DNA of 64,000 bases, taken from the NCBI GenBank assembly GCA_963728205.1, contig CAVSIV010000001.1, positions 608,001-672,000 on the forward strand, read 5' to 3'. The DNA is from an uncultured Chloroflexia bacterium. GTDB taxonomy: Bacteria; Chloroflexota; Dehalococcoidia; UBA2979. The position numbers were made by a program, and so were the translations under genes. How positions within the stretch are numbered: the first letter of the stretch is position 1; each line of letters starts with the position of its first letter. Shown here piece after piece: positions 1 to 9,343 of this stretch. Below the pieces are notes generated by a model. That model was not told the DNA's origin and searched no databases. It saw nothing but the letters and a program-made list of their open reading frames with translations.

Positions 1-426
1 CGGTCCGAGCATCGCGAACGCGGCGATCAGCGCGAGGACGGCGAGGAGCACCTCGGCGGTGGAGAGGTGGAACGCGACGACCTCGGGCGGGAGCTCGCGC
101 TCCACGGTCACCTTGCCGAGGTACGCCTGGATCGCGAGCAGCGGGAGTGAGATCACGGCGAGCCAGCGCAGCACGGCATCCGTGCGCCGCACCCGGAACG
201 TCGCGACGGCGGTGAGCACCACGAGCACGCCGACGATGGCGGCGGTCGTGCGGTGCGAGTACTCGATGATCGGATGCAGCGACAGCGGCGGCAGGAGCCG
301 GCCGTGGCAGAGCGGCCAGTCGGGACAGCCGAGCCCGGAGCCCGTCGTGCGGACCGTGGAGCCGACGCCGATCAGCACCAGGGTCATGAAGACCGTGACC
401 AGGGCGAGCCGCTGGTAACGAGACAT
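1..426 (-). CDS. ctaA: Heme A synthase (COX15/CtaA family), N-terminal part; runs off window start
   Basis: Manual translation from ATG at 426: MSRYQRLALVTVFMTLVLIGVGSTVRTTGSGLGCPDWPLCHG...IIEYSHR; GxGCPDWPxC and ExxHR motifs of type 1 heme A synthase. Absent from the ORF track because it is truncated. Confidence 0.9.
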   Translation of the reverse strand, partial: MSRYQRLALVTVFMTLVLIGVGSTVRTTGSGLGCPDWPLCHGRLLPPLSLHPIIEYSHRTTAAIVGVLVVLTAVATFRVRRTDAVLRWLAVISLPLLAIQAYLGKVTVERELPPEVVAFHLSTAEVLLAVLALIAAFAMLGP

Positions 427-479
427 CGAAGCAACACCCCCTCCGCTGAGGCGCAGCGGCAGCGTACGCCCGGCGGGAC

Positions 480-704
480 TTAGGCTCCCGTCGGCGTCTG
501 CTCGGGCGCGCGCGTCTGCGCCGTGGCCGCCTCCCGGGCGGTGGGGCGCCCGGCCGCGTCGGCCTCGCCCTCCGTGAGCCGCTCCTCGAGCAGCTCGATC
601 TCGTGCTGCAGCGTGCGTACCCGCGCCTGCAGCACGAGGAGGTAGACGAAGAGCCCGGCCCAGAAGATGGCGAACCCGGCGAAGAGGTACTGCAGCGCGT
701 TCAT
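480..704 (-). CDS. ccmD: Heme exporter protein CcmD-like small membrane protein (74 aa)
   Basis: MNALQYLFAGFAIFWAGLFVYLLVL then charged helix; ATGA overlap with ccmC stop; position after ccmABC. Confidence 0.8.
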   Translation of the reverse strand: MNALQYLFAGFAIFWAGLFVYLLVLQARVRTLQHEIELLEERLTEGEADAAGRPTAREAATAQTRAPEQTPTGA

Positions 705-1432
705 CGTGCCTGCTCCCAGCGATCGACGAGCGAGCGCAACGTCTCCGTGCGCTGCCCGAGGCGTTCGGTGTCGGTGTGCAGCGAGACCAGCCACGTCGTC
801 AGCAGCATGATCGCGCCCATGCTGATCAGCAGGACGGCCGTCATCTCCGGCGGCAGCGCGGGGCGCTCGAGCGCGCGGAACACGATCGGCTGGGGATGCA
901 GCGTTCGCCACCAGGTGACGGACATATGGATGAGCGGGATGTCCATGAAGCCGATGATCGCGAACACCGCCGCGTAGCGCGCGGCCTGCTCGTCGTTCGG
1001 CCCGGCGACGGCGCGCGCCAGCAGGTACGCGCTGAAGATCAGGAAGAGGATGAGCGTCGACGTCAGCCGCGCGTCCCACGTCCAGTACACGCCCCAGATC
1101 GGCTTGCCCCAGATCGCGCCGGTGACGAGCACGAGGAACGTGAACAGCACGCCCACCGCGGCCGACGCACGCGCGGCGGCGTCCCAGCGCATGTCGCGCT
1201 TCCACAGCACGACGATCGAAGCGACGAAGGTGACCGTGAAGGCGGCATAGGCGGCGATGGCCGACGGCACGTGGATGTACATGATGCGCTGGACGTCGCC
1301 CTCGACGGCTTCGCGCGGTGCGGCGAGCACGGCGCCGACGATCATCGCGAACATCCCCACGCCGGTGAGCGGGGGCAGCACGCTCCAGCGCCATCCGTAG
1401 ACCCGCTGGGCCGTCGACGCGATTCGGTTCAT
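701..1432 (-). CDS. ccmC: Heme exporter/cytochrome c biogenesis protein CcmC
   Basis: YIHVP motif and WWD domain WGKPIWGVYWTWDARLT, WWRTLHP; start MNRIAS at 1432. Confidence 0.93.
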   Translation of the reverse strand: MNRIASTAQRVYGWRWSVLPPLTGVGMFAMIVGAVLAAPREAVEGDVQRIMYIHVPSAIAAYAAFTVTFVASIVVLWKRDMRWDAAARASAAVGVLFTFLVLVTGAIWGKPIWGVYWTWDARLTSTLILFLIFSAYLLARAVAGPNDEQAARYAAVFAIIGFMDIPLIHMSVTWWRTLHPQPIVFRALERPALPPEMTAVLLISMGAIMLLTTWLVSLHTDTERLGQRTETLRSLVDRWEQAR

Positions 1433-2085
1433 CGTTCCACCACCATCGGGAAGAGCAGGGCCGCTCCGAGCGTGCTCCACAGCGCGAAGATCACCAGCAA
1501 CAGCATCCACGGCGCCGCACCGGATGGCTGGCCGAGGCTGGCGCCGGTCGCGCGAACGGCCGCGATCAGCATCGGCACGAGCACGGGCAACGCCAGTGAT
1601 GGGAGCAGCACCGCCCGGGACCGCACGCGCCCCCCGAGCGTCGAGAGCAGGGTGGTGAGGGAGACGTAGCCGACTGTCCCCACCGCCACGATCACCACCA
1701 GCCGCCAGGTGATCAGCGTGGCATCGAACAGGATAGTCGCGAGCAACAGAAGGGCAACCTCGACCGCGAACAGCGCGAGCATGTTGCTCAGCGCCTTGCC
1801 CAGGTAAATCGCGGTCGGCGACGCCGGCGACAGCAGCATCGCGTCGAACGTGCCCTGGTCGGCCTCCTGCTGGAACGAGCCCCCGCCGGCGAAGATGCCG
1901 GCGAAGAGGAACGTGGTCCACAGCACGCCGGGCAGCAGCGGGCGCACGTCGCGCGTGGCGAGGTCGAACGCGAACGAGTAGGTCAGCAGGCTGATCGCCG
2001 CGAATGCCGCGGCCGCGACCCAGCCGCTGCGGTCGCGCCACGCCAGCCGCAGATCCTTGCGCAGCACGACGAGCGTGCCGTTCAC
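1429..2085 (-). CDS. ccmB: Heme exporter protein CcmB
   Basis: Six-TM protein with KDLRLAWR, FQQEADQGTFD, LALPVLVPMLI; GTG start overlapping ccmA stop. Confidence 0.9.
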   Translation of the reverse strand: MNGTLVVLRKDLRLAWRDRSGWVAAAAFAAISLLTYSFAFDLATRDVRPLLPGVLWTTFLFAGIFAGGGSFQQEADQGTFDAMLLSPASPTAIYLGKALSNMLALFAVEVALLLLATILFDATLITWRLVVIVAVGTVGYVSLTTLLSTLGGRVRSRAVLLPSLALPVLVPMLIAAVRATGASLGQPSGAAPWMLLLVIFALWSTLGAALLFPMVVER

Positions 2086-2795
2086 GGCCGCGCCCCCGTC
2101 GCCGGCGTGGCCGCGGTGCCCGACGCGCCGGCGGCGCCCGCCGTCGTGTCCTCGACGACGCGACCGCGCTCGAGCCGCACGATGCCGTCGGCCCACGCGC
2201 CGAGGTGGTCGATCCGGTGGGTGGCGGCGAGCACGGTGAGGCCGGGCGCGGCGAGCATCAGCTCGTCGAGCAGGGCCACGCCGTCGACGTCGAGCCCGGT
2301 CTCGGGCTCGTCGAGCAACAGCACGTCGGGGCGGTGCACCAGCGCGCGCGCCAGCGCGAGCCGCTGGTGCTGGCCGCGCGACAGCACGCGCGTCGGCTCG
2401 CGGCGCCGGCGCCAGAGGCCGACGCGGCGCAGCAGCTCCTCGATGCGCGCGGCCGGCGCCGCGACCCCGTAGAGGCGCGCGAAGAACTCGAGGTTCTCCA
2501 GCGGCGTCAGCTCCTCGTAGAGCATCGGCGAGTGCGCGAGCACGCCGATGCGCGCCCGCAATCCCAGCGCGCGTGGTGTGAGTGGCTCGCCGTCGACGCG
2601 GATCTCGCCCGCGGTCGGCGTGATCAGCGTGGCGAGCATGCCGAGCAGCGTGGTCTTGCCGGCGCCGTTCGCGCCGAGCAGCGCGGTCTTCGCGCCGGCC
2701 GGGAGGCGGATCGCGACGTCCTCGACGACCGGCAGCGTCGCGTAGCGCTTGGCGAGACCCCGCGTCTCGAGTGCCGGCGGCCGCGGCGCCGTCAC
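2082..2795 (-). CDS. ccmA: Heme ABC exporter ATP-binding protein CcmA
   Basis: Walker A GANGAGKT, LYEELTPLENL, LSRGQHQR, Walker B LLLDEPETGLD; next to ccmB. Confidence 0.92.
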   Translation of the reverse strand: MTAPRPPALETRGLAKRYATLPVVEDVAIRLPAGAKTALLGANGAGKTTLLGMLATLITPTAGEIRVDGEPLTPRALGLRARIGVLAHSPMLYEELTPLENLEFFARLYGVAAPAARIEELLRRVGLWRRRREPTRVLSRGQHQRLALARALVHRPDVLLLDEPETGLDVDGVALLDELMLAAPGLTVLAATHRIDHLGAWADGIVRLERGRVVEDTTAGAAGASGTAATPATGARP

Positions 2796-4000
2796 GAGGA
2801 TGCGCCCGGCGAGCCGTCGCCGCCGGCGCCGTCGCCTCCGGCACCGGCGCGCCGGTGCCGGCGCGCGGCGCCCCACCAGCCGGCCCCGACGGCTCCGCCG
2901 GCGATCACGACGAGCGCGATCGCGGCGCCGAGGACCACGGTGGGGCGGTCGGTCAGCGGATTGCCCGCCGGCTGCGCACCGGAAAGGCCGATCATGTCGA
3001 CCTGCAGCCCCTGCCCGGGCGGAACGTTCTGGCGTGTCACCACGAGCAGCTGCTCCCCCTGGACCTGCGCGTCCGGCGCGCGCTGCGCGTCGCCGACGGG
3101 ATCGAGCGAGCGGAGGAATCGGGACGGCGCACGCGCCTCGATGCGGTCCGCCTGCACGGGTGTCGTGACGCGCAGCTGATAGCGGTCGGCCTGGCGATCG
3201 TAGCCAATGGTGTAGCGCGTGACGACCGACGTGACCCCGGGCAGCAGCGGCGTCCCGACGGTCACGACACCGCCCTGCAGCTGCACCGGATCGTCGGCCG
3301 TGAGGCCGCCCGCGTCCGTCGTGCCGTCCGGTGCCGGCAGCCGCAGCGTGGGCGCGCCCTTCGCGCCGACGTACACGCGATCCGACGGGTTCTGCACGAG
3401 GTCCTCGCGCAGCAGGGTGAGTTGCCCGGCCGCGCGGTCGATCGCGAGCAGCGTCGCGGTCGTCGACTGGATCGTGAGCGCCGGCGCTTCCGAGGTCGTC
3501 TCGTAGACGGTGATGTCGCGCTGCGCGGTCGGCTGATCCGGCGTGATCTGCGCGGGGTCGCCAAAGTACGGCACGCCCTGGTACTCGAGCCGCAGGACGA
3601 ACGACGCCGAGGCGTCCGGGACCACGGCGAACGAGTAGGCGCCGCCGCTGACGGTGGTCTGCTGCGAGTCGACGACGTTGTTGCCGTTCAGCTCGATCAG
3701 CAGGATCGGGAGGTCGCCCGAGAGCGACGCGCCCGCCGTGCCGTCGGTGATGGTGCCACTGATGCGCCCGGTGGCCGCCGGGGAAGGGGTACCGCCGGCT
3801 GCCTTGGGCGTGGGGGCTGCGGCCGGCGCGGTCGACGCCGGCTCGGGCGTGACGGTGGCGGTGGGCGACTGCGCACGCGCGGCCGTCGCGCCGGCCGCGC
3901 ACAGCGCGGCTGCGACGGCGAGCACCGCGAACAGCGCGCCGGGGCGAGCGAGCCGTCCCAGCGAGGAGGGGTGCGCGCGCGCCCGCCCCGAGTACGTCAC
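2792..4000 (-). CDS. Uncharacterised secreted, C-terminally membrane-anchored beta-sandwich protein (carboxypeptidase-regulatory/Ig-like N-terminal domain) in the ccm operon
   Basis: Signal peptide ending ATAARA-Q, Pro/Thr/Ala linker, GRISGTITDGT...YQGVPYF beta domain, C-terminal TM helix; GTGA overlaps at both ends. Confidence 0.75.
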   Translation of the reverse strand: MTYSGRARAHPSSLGRLARPGALFAVLAVAAALCAAGATAARAQSPTATVTPEPASTAPAAAPTPKAAGGTPSPAATGRISGTITDGTAGASLSGDLPILLIELNGNNVVDSQQTTVSGGAYSFAVVPDASASFVLRLEYQGVPYFGDPAQITPDQPTAQRDITVYETTSEAPALTIQSTTATLLAIDRAAGQLTLLREDLVQNPSDRVYVGAKGAPTLRLPAPDGTTDAGGLTADDPVQLQGGVVTVGTPLLPGVTSVVTRYTIGYDRQADRYQLRVTTPVQADRIEARAPSRFLRSLDPVGDAQRAPDAQVQGEQLLVVTRQNVPPGQGLQVDMIGLSGAQPAGNPLTDRPTVVLGAAIALVVIAGGAVGAGWWGAARRHRRAGAGGDGAGGDGSPGASS

Positions 4001-4359
4001 CGTTGGTTCGCCCGAGCTTGCGGCTGGGGCTGCGCCGCCGACCCCGGTTCGGCCGGAGAGGCCGCCGATGATGGGGCGGCGGACGGCGGCGCGGCCGTCG
4101 ACTCGCCGCGCTCCCGTAGCGCCTCCGTGACCGCGCGCAGCGGCGGCCCGAGCGCCCGCCGCCCCGCCGCGCGGTCCTCGGCGGCGATGCGACCGGCCGC
4201 CAGGTCCTCGTCGAGCTCGCGCAGCTGCCGCAGCAGCGACCGGTGCTCCGCGCGCAGCTCCTCGACGCCGTCGTCGACCAGGCGCTCGTCGCCGCGTGGG
4301 AACGCGATGTAGGCGGCGACCGCCGCGGCGACGAGCACGAGCACGAGGAACGGGATCAC
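3997..4359 (-). CDS. CcmI/CycH N-terminal-like protein (TM helix plus coiled coil), no TPR domain
   Basis: VIPFLVLVLVAAAVAAYIAFP followed by LLRQLRELDEDLAAGRI, resembling the CcmI-1 leucine-zipper region; coupled to ccmH. Confidence 0.7.
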   Translation of the reverse strand: MIPFLVLVLVAAAVAAYIAFPRGDERLVDDGVEELRAEHRSLLRQLRELDEDLAAGRIAAEDRAAGRRALGPPLRAVTEALRERGESTAAPPSAAPSSAASPAEPGSAAQPQPQARANQR

Positions 4360-4868
4360 GCGTCGTCCTCGCTCTCGGCCAGCTGGCGGTCGAGCCATGC
4401 GTCGTCGGGGGACGGCGCGCCGGCCGCGGGCGCGGGACCGGCGCGGCCGGCGGGTCTCCGCAGCTGGAAGAGGAAGAAGCCACCGATCAGTGCCACCATC
4501 GCCAGCGATCCGCCGACCCACCCGAAGAGCACGAGGTTGAACCCCTGCGCGGGCACCCGGGCCAGCACGCGCTCGCCGTAGCGGTCGCGGAAGTACGCGA
4601 CGATCACCTCGGGCGGGTCACCCGCCTGCAGTCGCTGCCGGATCACCGCCTTCATGTCGTTGCAGATCGCGAGATTGCACACGTCGAGCCGCTCGTTCAT
4701 GCACTGCGGGCAGAGCAGCTGGTGCTCGACCGCGAGCTCGCGTGCATCGAGATCGGCGCTCTTCGGCGAGGACGAGCCGTCGTGGGTGATGAGCAGGACG
4801 TAGCCGACGCCGAGCAGCACGGCGAACGCCACGGCGCCGGCCACCAGCAGTCGTGTGTGCGCGCGCAT
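4356..4868 (-). CDS. ccmH: Cytochrome c biogenesis protein CcmH
   Basis: LLCPQC (LRCxxC-like) motif, YFRDRYGERVL, C-terminal TM helix. Confidence 0.9.
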   Translation of the reverse strand: MRAHTRLLVAGAVAFAVLLGVGYVLLITHDGSSSPKSADLDARELAVEHQLLCPQCMNERLDVCNLAICNDMKAVIRQRLQAGDPPEVIVAYFRDRYGERVLARVPAQGFNLVLFGWVGGSLAMVALIGGFFLFQLRRPAGRAGPAPAAGAPSPDDAWLDRQLAESEDDA

Positions 4869-4872
4869 CCGT

Positions 4873-6888
4873 CTATGCCCGCCGCGTTGCCCCGCCGGGG
4901 AGCTCCACCGGCGCCTCGACCGGCGCGCGCGCCGCCTGCCTGCCCGGCGCGAGCGCGAGCAGCGCGCCGAGCACGTAGATCGCCCCGCCGATCCACAGGA
5001 AGTCGATCAGCGGGTTCACGAACGCCTGGAACGTCGCGGTGAGCTGCGGATCCCACCCCTGCATGAAGACGTAGAGGTCGCCGGTCCACGTGTGGCGGAT
5101 CGCGACGATGCCCGTCGGCTGGTCCGGGAAGTTCGTGAAGGTGCGGCGGCCGGGCTCGATGGTGCCGATCGTGTGCCCGCCCTGCGCCACGTCGATCTGC
5201 GCGCGCACCTCGTTGTCGATGCCGTTCACGCCCGGCTGCGTCTGGTAGAGGCGCTCGTAGGTCAGCGTGTACGACCCCGCCTGGAACGTCTCGCCCGGCT
5301 TGATCGAGGCGCGCGACTGCTGCTGGTAGATGTTCGAGCCGACCACCGCGATCGCCATCACCGCGATGCCGATGTGCACGAGGTAGCCGCCGTAGCGCCG
5401 CTGGTCGCGATCGAAGAGGTGAAGGAACGCGCCGGCCCACGAGCGCCCGGTGGCGCGGTGCACGCCGCGCGCGCCCAGCGCGTACTCGCGCAGCGTCACC
5501 GCGAACACGGCGATCGCGCCGCCGACCGCGGCGAGCGCGAAGGGGTCGCGCATGCCGAGCGCGAAGAGTGCGACGAGCGACACGACCGTGACGGCGGCGG
5601 GCATGCGCAGCCGCCGAGCAAGCGTCCCCGACGCCGCCTGGCGCCACGGCAGCAGCACGCCGATCGCCGTCAGCGCGAGCATCACGATCAGCAGCGGGCC
5701 GATCACCTCGTTGAAGAACGGCGGCCCCACGGTGATGCGCGTGCCCTTGATCAGCTCGGAGAAGACCGGGAAGAGGGTGCCGCCGAGCAGCACGAGCGCG
5801 ATCGCGATCAGCAGGTAGCTGTTCAGCAGCAGTCCCGTCTCGCGCGAGGCCAGCGAGTCGATCTCGCCGTCGGCGCGCAGCGTCGGCAGCCGCCAGGCGA
5901 GGAGCACGAGCGACGCGATGACCACGCCGCCGAGCAGCACGAGGAAGTACGGGCCGACCGCGGACTGCGCGAACGAGTGCACTGAGGTGACGAGCCCGCT
6001 GCGCACGTTGAACGTGCCGAAGACCGCGAGCGAGAACGCCGCGAGCACGAGCACCAGGTTCCACAGCTTCAGCATGCCCCGGCGCTCCTGCACCATCATC
6101 GTGTGCAGGAAGGCGATCATGGGGAGCAACGGCAGCAACGCGGAGTTCTCGACCGGATCCCAGCCCCAGTAGCCGCCCCAGCCGAGGACCGTGTACGCCC
6201 ACCAGCCGCCGAGCATGTTTCCGATGCTGAGGATCAGGAACGCGAGCAGCGCCCAGTTCCGCACGTGCCGGATCCACGCGCCGTCCACCTTGCCCGAGAG
6301 CAGCGCCGTCGCGCCGAGCGTGAAGGGCACCGACGTGCTCACGAGGCCCGTGAGCAGGAACGGCGGGTGGATGAGCATTCCCGGGTCGACGAGCAGCGGG
6401 TTGAGGCCGACGCCGTCGACGGGCGTGATCGGGCTGACTTTGAACGGCGAGGCCATGAACACCAGCGCGAACAGGAACGCCGCGAGCAGCGTGCCGGCCG
6501 TCGCCACTGCGTGCGCCGCGCCCCACGGAATCCGCGGCACCGTGAAGTGCGCGAACCCGGCCATGAACAGCGACATCATCCAAGTCCAGAAGAGAAGCGA
6601 CCCGGGTTGACCGCTGTACAACGAGGCCCATTTGAACTGCGGCTGCATCTCGCGCGACGACACCGCGGCGACGTGCGCGATCGAGAAGTCGTTGCTGAGC
6701 AGCGCGATGCCCATGATCACGACGGCGCAGGTCATCAGCGCACCGGTCGCGACGATCGCGCGGCGACCCGCGAGCACGGCGCGGCCGTTGCGCCGGCGCA
6801 GCCCGGTGATGGCGGCACCGACCGCGAAGAGCGTGGTGGCGAACGCCGTCAGGAGCACGGCGGCGCCGAGCGTGGCCAGGACGTTCAC
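4873..6888 (-). CDS. ccmF: Heme lyase CcmF/NrfE family subunit
   Basis: GLNPLL, IHPP, WAYTVLGWGGYWGWDPVEN, SVHSFA motifs; 671 aa. Confidence 0.96.
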   Translation of the reverse strand: MNVLATLGAAVLLTAFATTLFAVGAAITGLRRRNGRAVLAGRRAIVATGALMTCAVVIMGIALLSNDFSIAHVAAVSSREMQPQFKWASLYSGQPGSLLFWTWMMSLFMAGFAHFTVPRIPWGAAHAVATAGTLLAAFLFALVFMASPFKVSPITPVDGVGLNPLLVDPGMLIHPPFLLTGLVSTSVPFTLGATALLSGKVDGAWIRHVRNWALLAFLILSIGNMLGGWWAYTVLGWGGYWGWDPVENSALLPLLPMIAFLHTMMVQERRGMLKLWNLVLVLAAFSLAVFGTFNVRSGLVTSVHSFAQSAVGPYFLVLLGGVVIASLVLLAWRLPTLRADGEIDSLASRETGLLLNSYLLIAIALVLLGGTLFPVFSELIKGTRITVGPPFFNEVIGPLLIVMLALTAIGVLLPWRQAASGTLARRLRMPAAVTVVSLVALFALGMRDPFALAAVGGAIAVFAVTLREYALGARGVHRATGRSWAGAFLHLFDRDQRRYGGYLVHIGIAVMAIAVVGSNIYQQQSRASIKPGETFQAGSYTLTYERLYQTQPGVNGIDNEVRAQIDVAQGGHTIGTIEPGRRTFTNFPDQPTGIVAIRHTWTGDLYVFMQGWDPQLTATFQAFVNPLIDFLWIGGAIYVLGALLALAPGRQAARAPVEAPVELPGGATRRA

Positions 6889-6907
6889 GACGTCACCCTA
6901 TCCGGAC

Positions 6908-7360
6908 TCAGTTCGTGGCGGGTGCGGAGTGCAGCGTGGGCGGTGCCTGGGTCGGCGTCGGTGACGCCGCGTAGAACGCGTTCTCGTGCTTGATCACGAC
7001 CTGCGACGCGTCGAGCGTGCCTGCCCCGGCTGAGGTCCCGTCGACCACGACGAACGCCCCCGGCCCAAACAGGTCGGGTGTCGACCCGGTGAAGTTGATG
7101 GTCATGCGCTCGCCGTGATCGCCGGCGATGTCGAAGCGGACGGGGTGGCCGTCGTGCTGGACGATCGAGCCGTCGACCACGCGCCCGCCGACGCGCCAGG
7201 TCTTGCCGCTCGTGTCGAGCTGTTGCGCGAACTCCTCGGGCGTCTGGTAGTAGGAGAGCGACGAACCCGCGGCCCGCACCGCCAGGATGCCGATGGCGGC
7301 CGTCGCGACCGCCAGCAGGATCACGAGGCGCGCGCGGCGACTGGCGAGCAGTCCGCTCAC
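6908..7360 (-). CDS. ccmE: Cytochrome c maturation heme chaperone CcmE
   Basis: N-terminal anchor, YYQTPEE, RVGGRVVDGSI, PDLF, heme-binding KHENAFY. Confidence 0.9.
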   Translation of the reverse strand: MSGLLASRRARLVILLAVATAAIGILAVRAAGSSLSYYQTPEEFAQQLDTSGKTWRVGGRVVDGSIVQHDGHPVRFDIAGDHGERMTINFTGSTPDLFGPGAFVVVDGTSAGAGTLDASQVVIKHENAFYAASPTPTQAPPTLHSAPATN

Positions 7361-7908
7361 GATGCGGCCTCGAGCTTCGCGAGCATCGCGCGGAAGTCCT
7401 TCTCGTCGAGCGCGCCGTTGTACTTCTGGCTGACCTGGAGGCCGGGCTTGAGGAAGAACGCCTCCGGGAGGCCAGAGACACCGTAGTCCACGTATACGTT
7501 GCCCTCCACCTCGTGGAGGATCGGGAACGTCAGGTGGTGATCACTGACGAACGCCTTCGCGTCCGACTCCGTGTCCCAGATGTTCACCCCGATGAACGTG
7601 TAGCCCCGCTGCCGGTACTCCGGCCACAGTTGCTCGATCAGCGGTGCCTCCTGCTGGCAGGGTTGGCACCACGACGCCCAGAAGTAGATGAAGACCGGTC
7701 CGCTCGCGTGGTCCGCCAGCGTGAGAGTCGATTGCCCGTCGAGCGAGGGGAGCGTGAAGTCGGGTGCGACCGTGAACGGGGCAGACGCCTGACCGACCTG
7801 CGACTGGCCGACGCCCCGCTTCATGGCGATGCCGAACACCGCGACGAGAACCAGCGCGCCGGCCCCCACCGCGACGACGACCAGGCGGGTCGCTTGCGCT
7901 CGCGACAT
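7357..7908 (-). CDS. TlpA/ResA/CcmG-type thiol-disulfide oxidoreductase
   Basis: APDFTL, FWASWCQPC, YGVSGLPE; first gene of the ccm operon. Confidence 0.9.
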   Translation of the reverse strand: MSRAQATRLVVVAVGAGALVLVAVFGIAMKRGVGQSQVGQASAPFTVAPDFTLPSLDGQSTLTLADHASGPVFIYFWASWCQPCQQEAPLIEQLWPEYRQRGYTFIGVNIWDTESDAKAFVSDHHLTFPILHEVEGNVYVDYGVSGLPEAFFLKPGLQVSQKYNGALDEKDFRAMLAKLEAAS

Positions 7909-8191
7909 ATCGAGAATCGAGGCTACGCCCGACCCACCGCTGATTCAACGCGCCCCGAAACGAGGCGGCCGGGAATCGCCGCGAGCCTCGGGGAGGTCGA
8001 GCGCGGACCGTCTGAGCGGTCAGTGCGATGGCCGTCGGGGGCAATATCTGCTCAGGCGCCTTCTCAATCCGGCTTGACCGTGGCAGGGGCGGATGCTACT
8101 TCACTAGGGCCGAACGCGAGTCCCGCCCGGTCCATGCCGGGCGTTCGCGTGTTTGTATCGACGCAGGCCGAGATCTGGGCGCAGGCCGAAG

Positions 8192-8273
8192 CCGCGCCGG
8201 GGGTACCCGGCACAGTTATTGCCCGCGCCGAGTATCCCGGCGCAGGCAGGCCGCGCCGGGTATCCCGGCATAG
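8192..8273. repeat. Three tandem imperfect palindromes (consensus CCGCGCCGGGTATCCCGGCRYAG) in the ccm/cox divergent intergenic region
   Basis: Copies near 8192-8215, 8223-8245 and 8251-8273, each GCCGRG-(G)TA(T)-CCCGGC; spacing ~28-31 nt. Confidence 0.7.
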
Positions 8274-8311
8274 AGGCATCGACGCACGAGCCCAGTCCTG
8301 GGAGGTCGCTT

Positions 8312-9322
8312 TTGCGCTGGTCCCGCTTCACTGCGCGGCGGCTGGTTCCGGTGGCAGTGCTGCTGCTGGTCGCGCTGCTCGTCGTCGCATGCTCCGCGCC
8401 GCAGTCCACCATCAACCCGAAGTCGAACCACGCTCAGAGCATCCAGGACCTCTACCGGCTCGTGTTCTGGATCGGCGCGCTGATCTTCGTCCTCGTGTCG
8501 GCGCTCGCCGTCATTTTCTCGGTCGCCTTCCGCGAGCGGCCGGGCCGCGAGGCGCGCCAGATCCACGGCAACACCCGCCTCGAGATCCTGTGGACGTTCG
8601 TCCCCGTCGTGATCCTGATCGCGATTGCCGTGCCGACGTTCAAGACGATCGTGGACATCAACGGCACGCCGCCGGCGAACTCGCTCAAGGTGACGGCGAC
8701 CGGCCACCAGTGGTGGTTCGAGTTCGCCTACCCCGACCAGGGCTTCGAGACGGCGAACGAGTTGCACCTGGTCGTGAACAAGCCCGTGGACATCAGCATC
8801 CTGTCCGTCGACGTCATCCACTCGCTGTGGATGCCGCAGCTGATGGGCAAGGTCGACATGGTCCCCGGCCACGAGAACCACATGTCGTTCACTCCGAACG
8901 AGATCGGCGAGTACCGCGGCCAGTGCGCCGAGTTCTGCGGGCCGTCGCACGCGAACATGCGGTTCCGCGTCTTCGTGCAGTCGCAGCAGGACTTCGATGC
9001 CTGGGCGGCCACGCAGAAGCAGGACGCGGCGGCGCCGACCTCCGACCTCGCCAAGGCCGGCGAGCAGGTGTTCACCAGCGGCGCGTGCATCGGCTGCCAC
9101 ACGATTCGCGGCACCGTCGCGCAGGCGAAGGTGGGTCCGGACCTGACGCACGTGGGCAGCCGGACCACGATCGCCGGCGGCACGCTCGACAACACGCCGG
9201 ACAACCTCGCGAAGTGGCTTCACAACCCGCCCGGGATCAAGCCGGGCTCGATCATGCCGAACCTGAACCTGACCACGGACCAGATCCAGAAGCTGGTCGC
9301 GTACCTCGAGAGCCTCAAGTAG
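8312..9322 (+). CDS. ctaC: Cytochrome c oxidase subunit II with C-terminal cytochrome c domain (caa3-type)
   Basis: Lipobox LVVAC; HGNTRLEILWT; QWWFEF; CuA ligands DVIH...CAEFCGPSHANM; heme c CIGCH and MP. TTG start at 8312 chosen for GGAGG at 8301-8305. Confidence 0.93.
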   Translation: MRWSRFTARRLVPVAVLLLVALLVVACSAPQSTINPKSNHAQSIQDLYRLVFWIGALIFVLVSALAVIFSVAFRERPGREARQIHGNTRLEILWTFVPVVILIAIAVPTFKTIVDINGTPPANSLKVTATGHQWWFEFAYPDQGFETANELHLVVNKPVDISILSVDVIHSLWMPQLMGKVDMVPGHENHMSFTPNEIGEYRGQCAEFCGPSHANMRFRVFVQSQQDFDAWAATQKQDAAAPTSDLAKAGEQVFTSGACIGCHTIRGTVAQAKVGPDLTHVGSRTTIAGGTLDNTPDNLAKWLHNPPGIKPGSIMPNLNLTTDQIQKLVAYLESLK

Positions 9323-9343
9323 GCAGGCTGGGAAGGTCCTGAG

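Noticed and set aside
8192-8273. Mini CRISPR array
   Set aside because: Units are imperfect, gaps are only ~5-8 nt and there are no cas genes.
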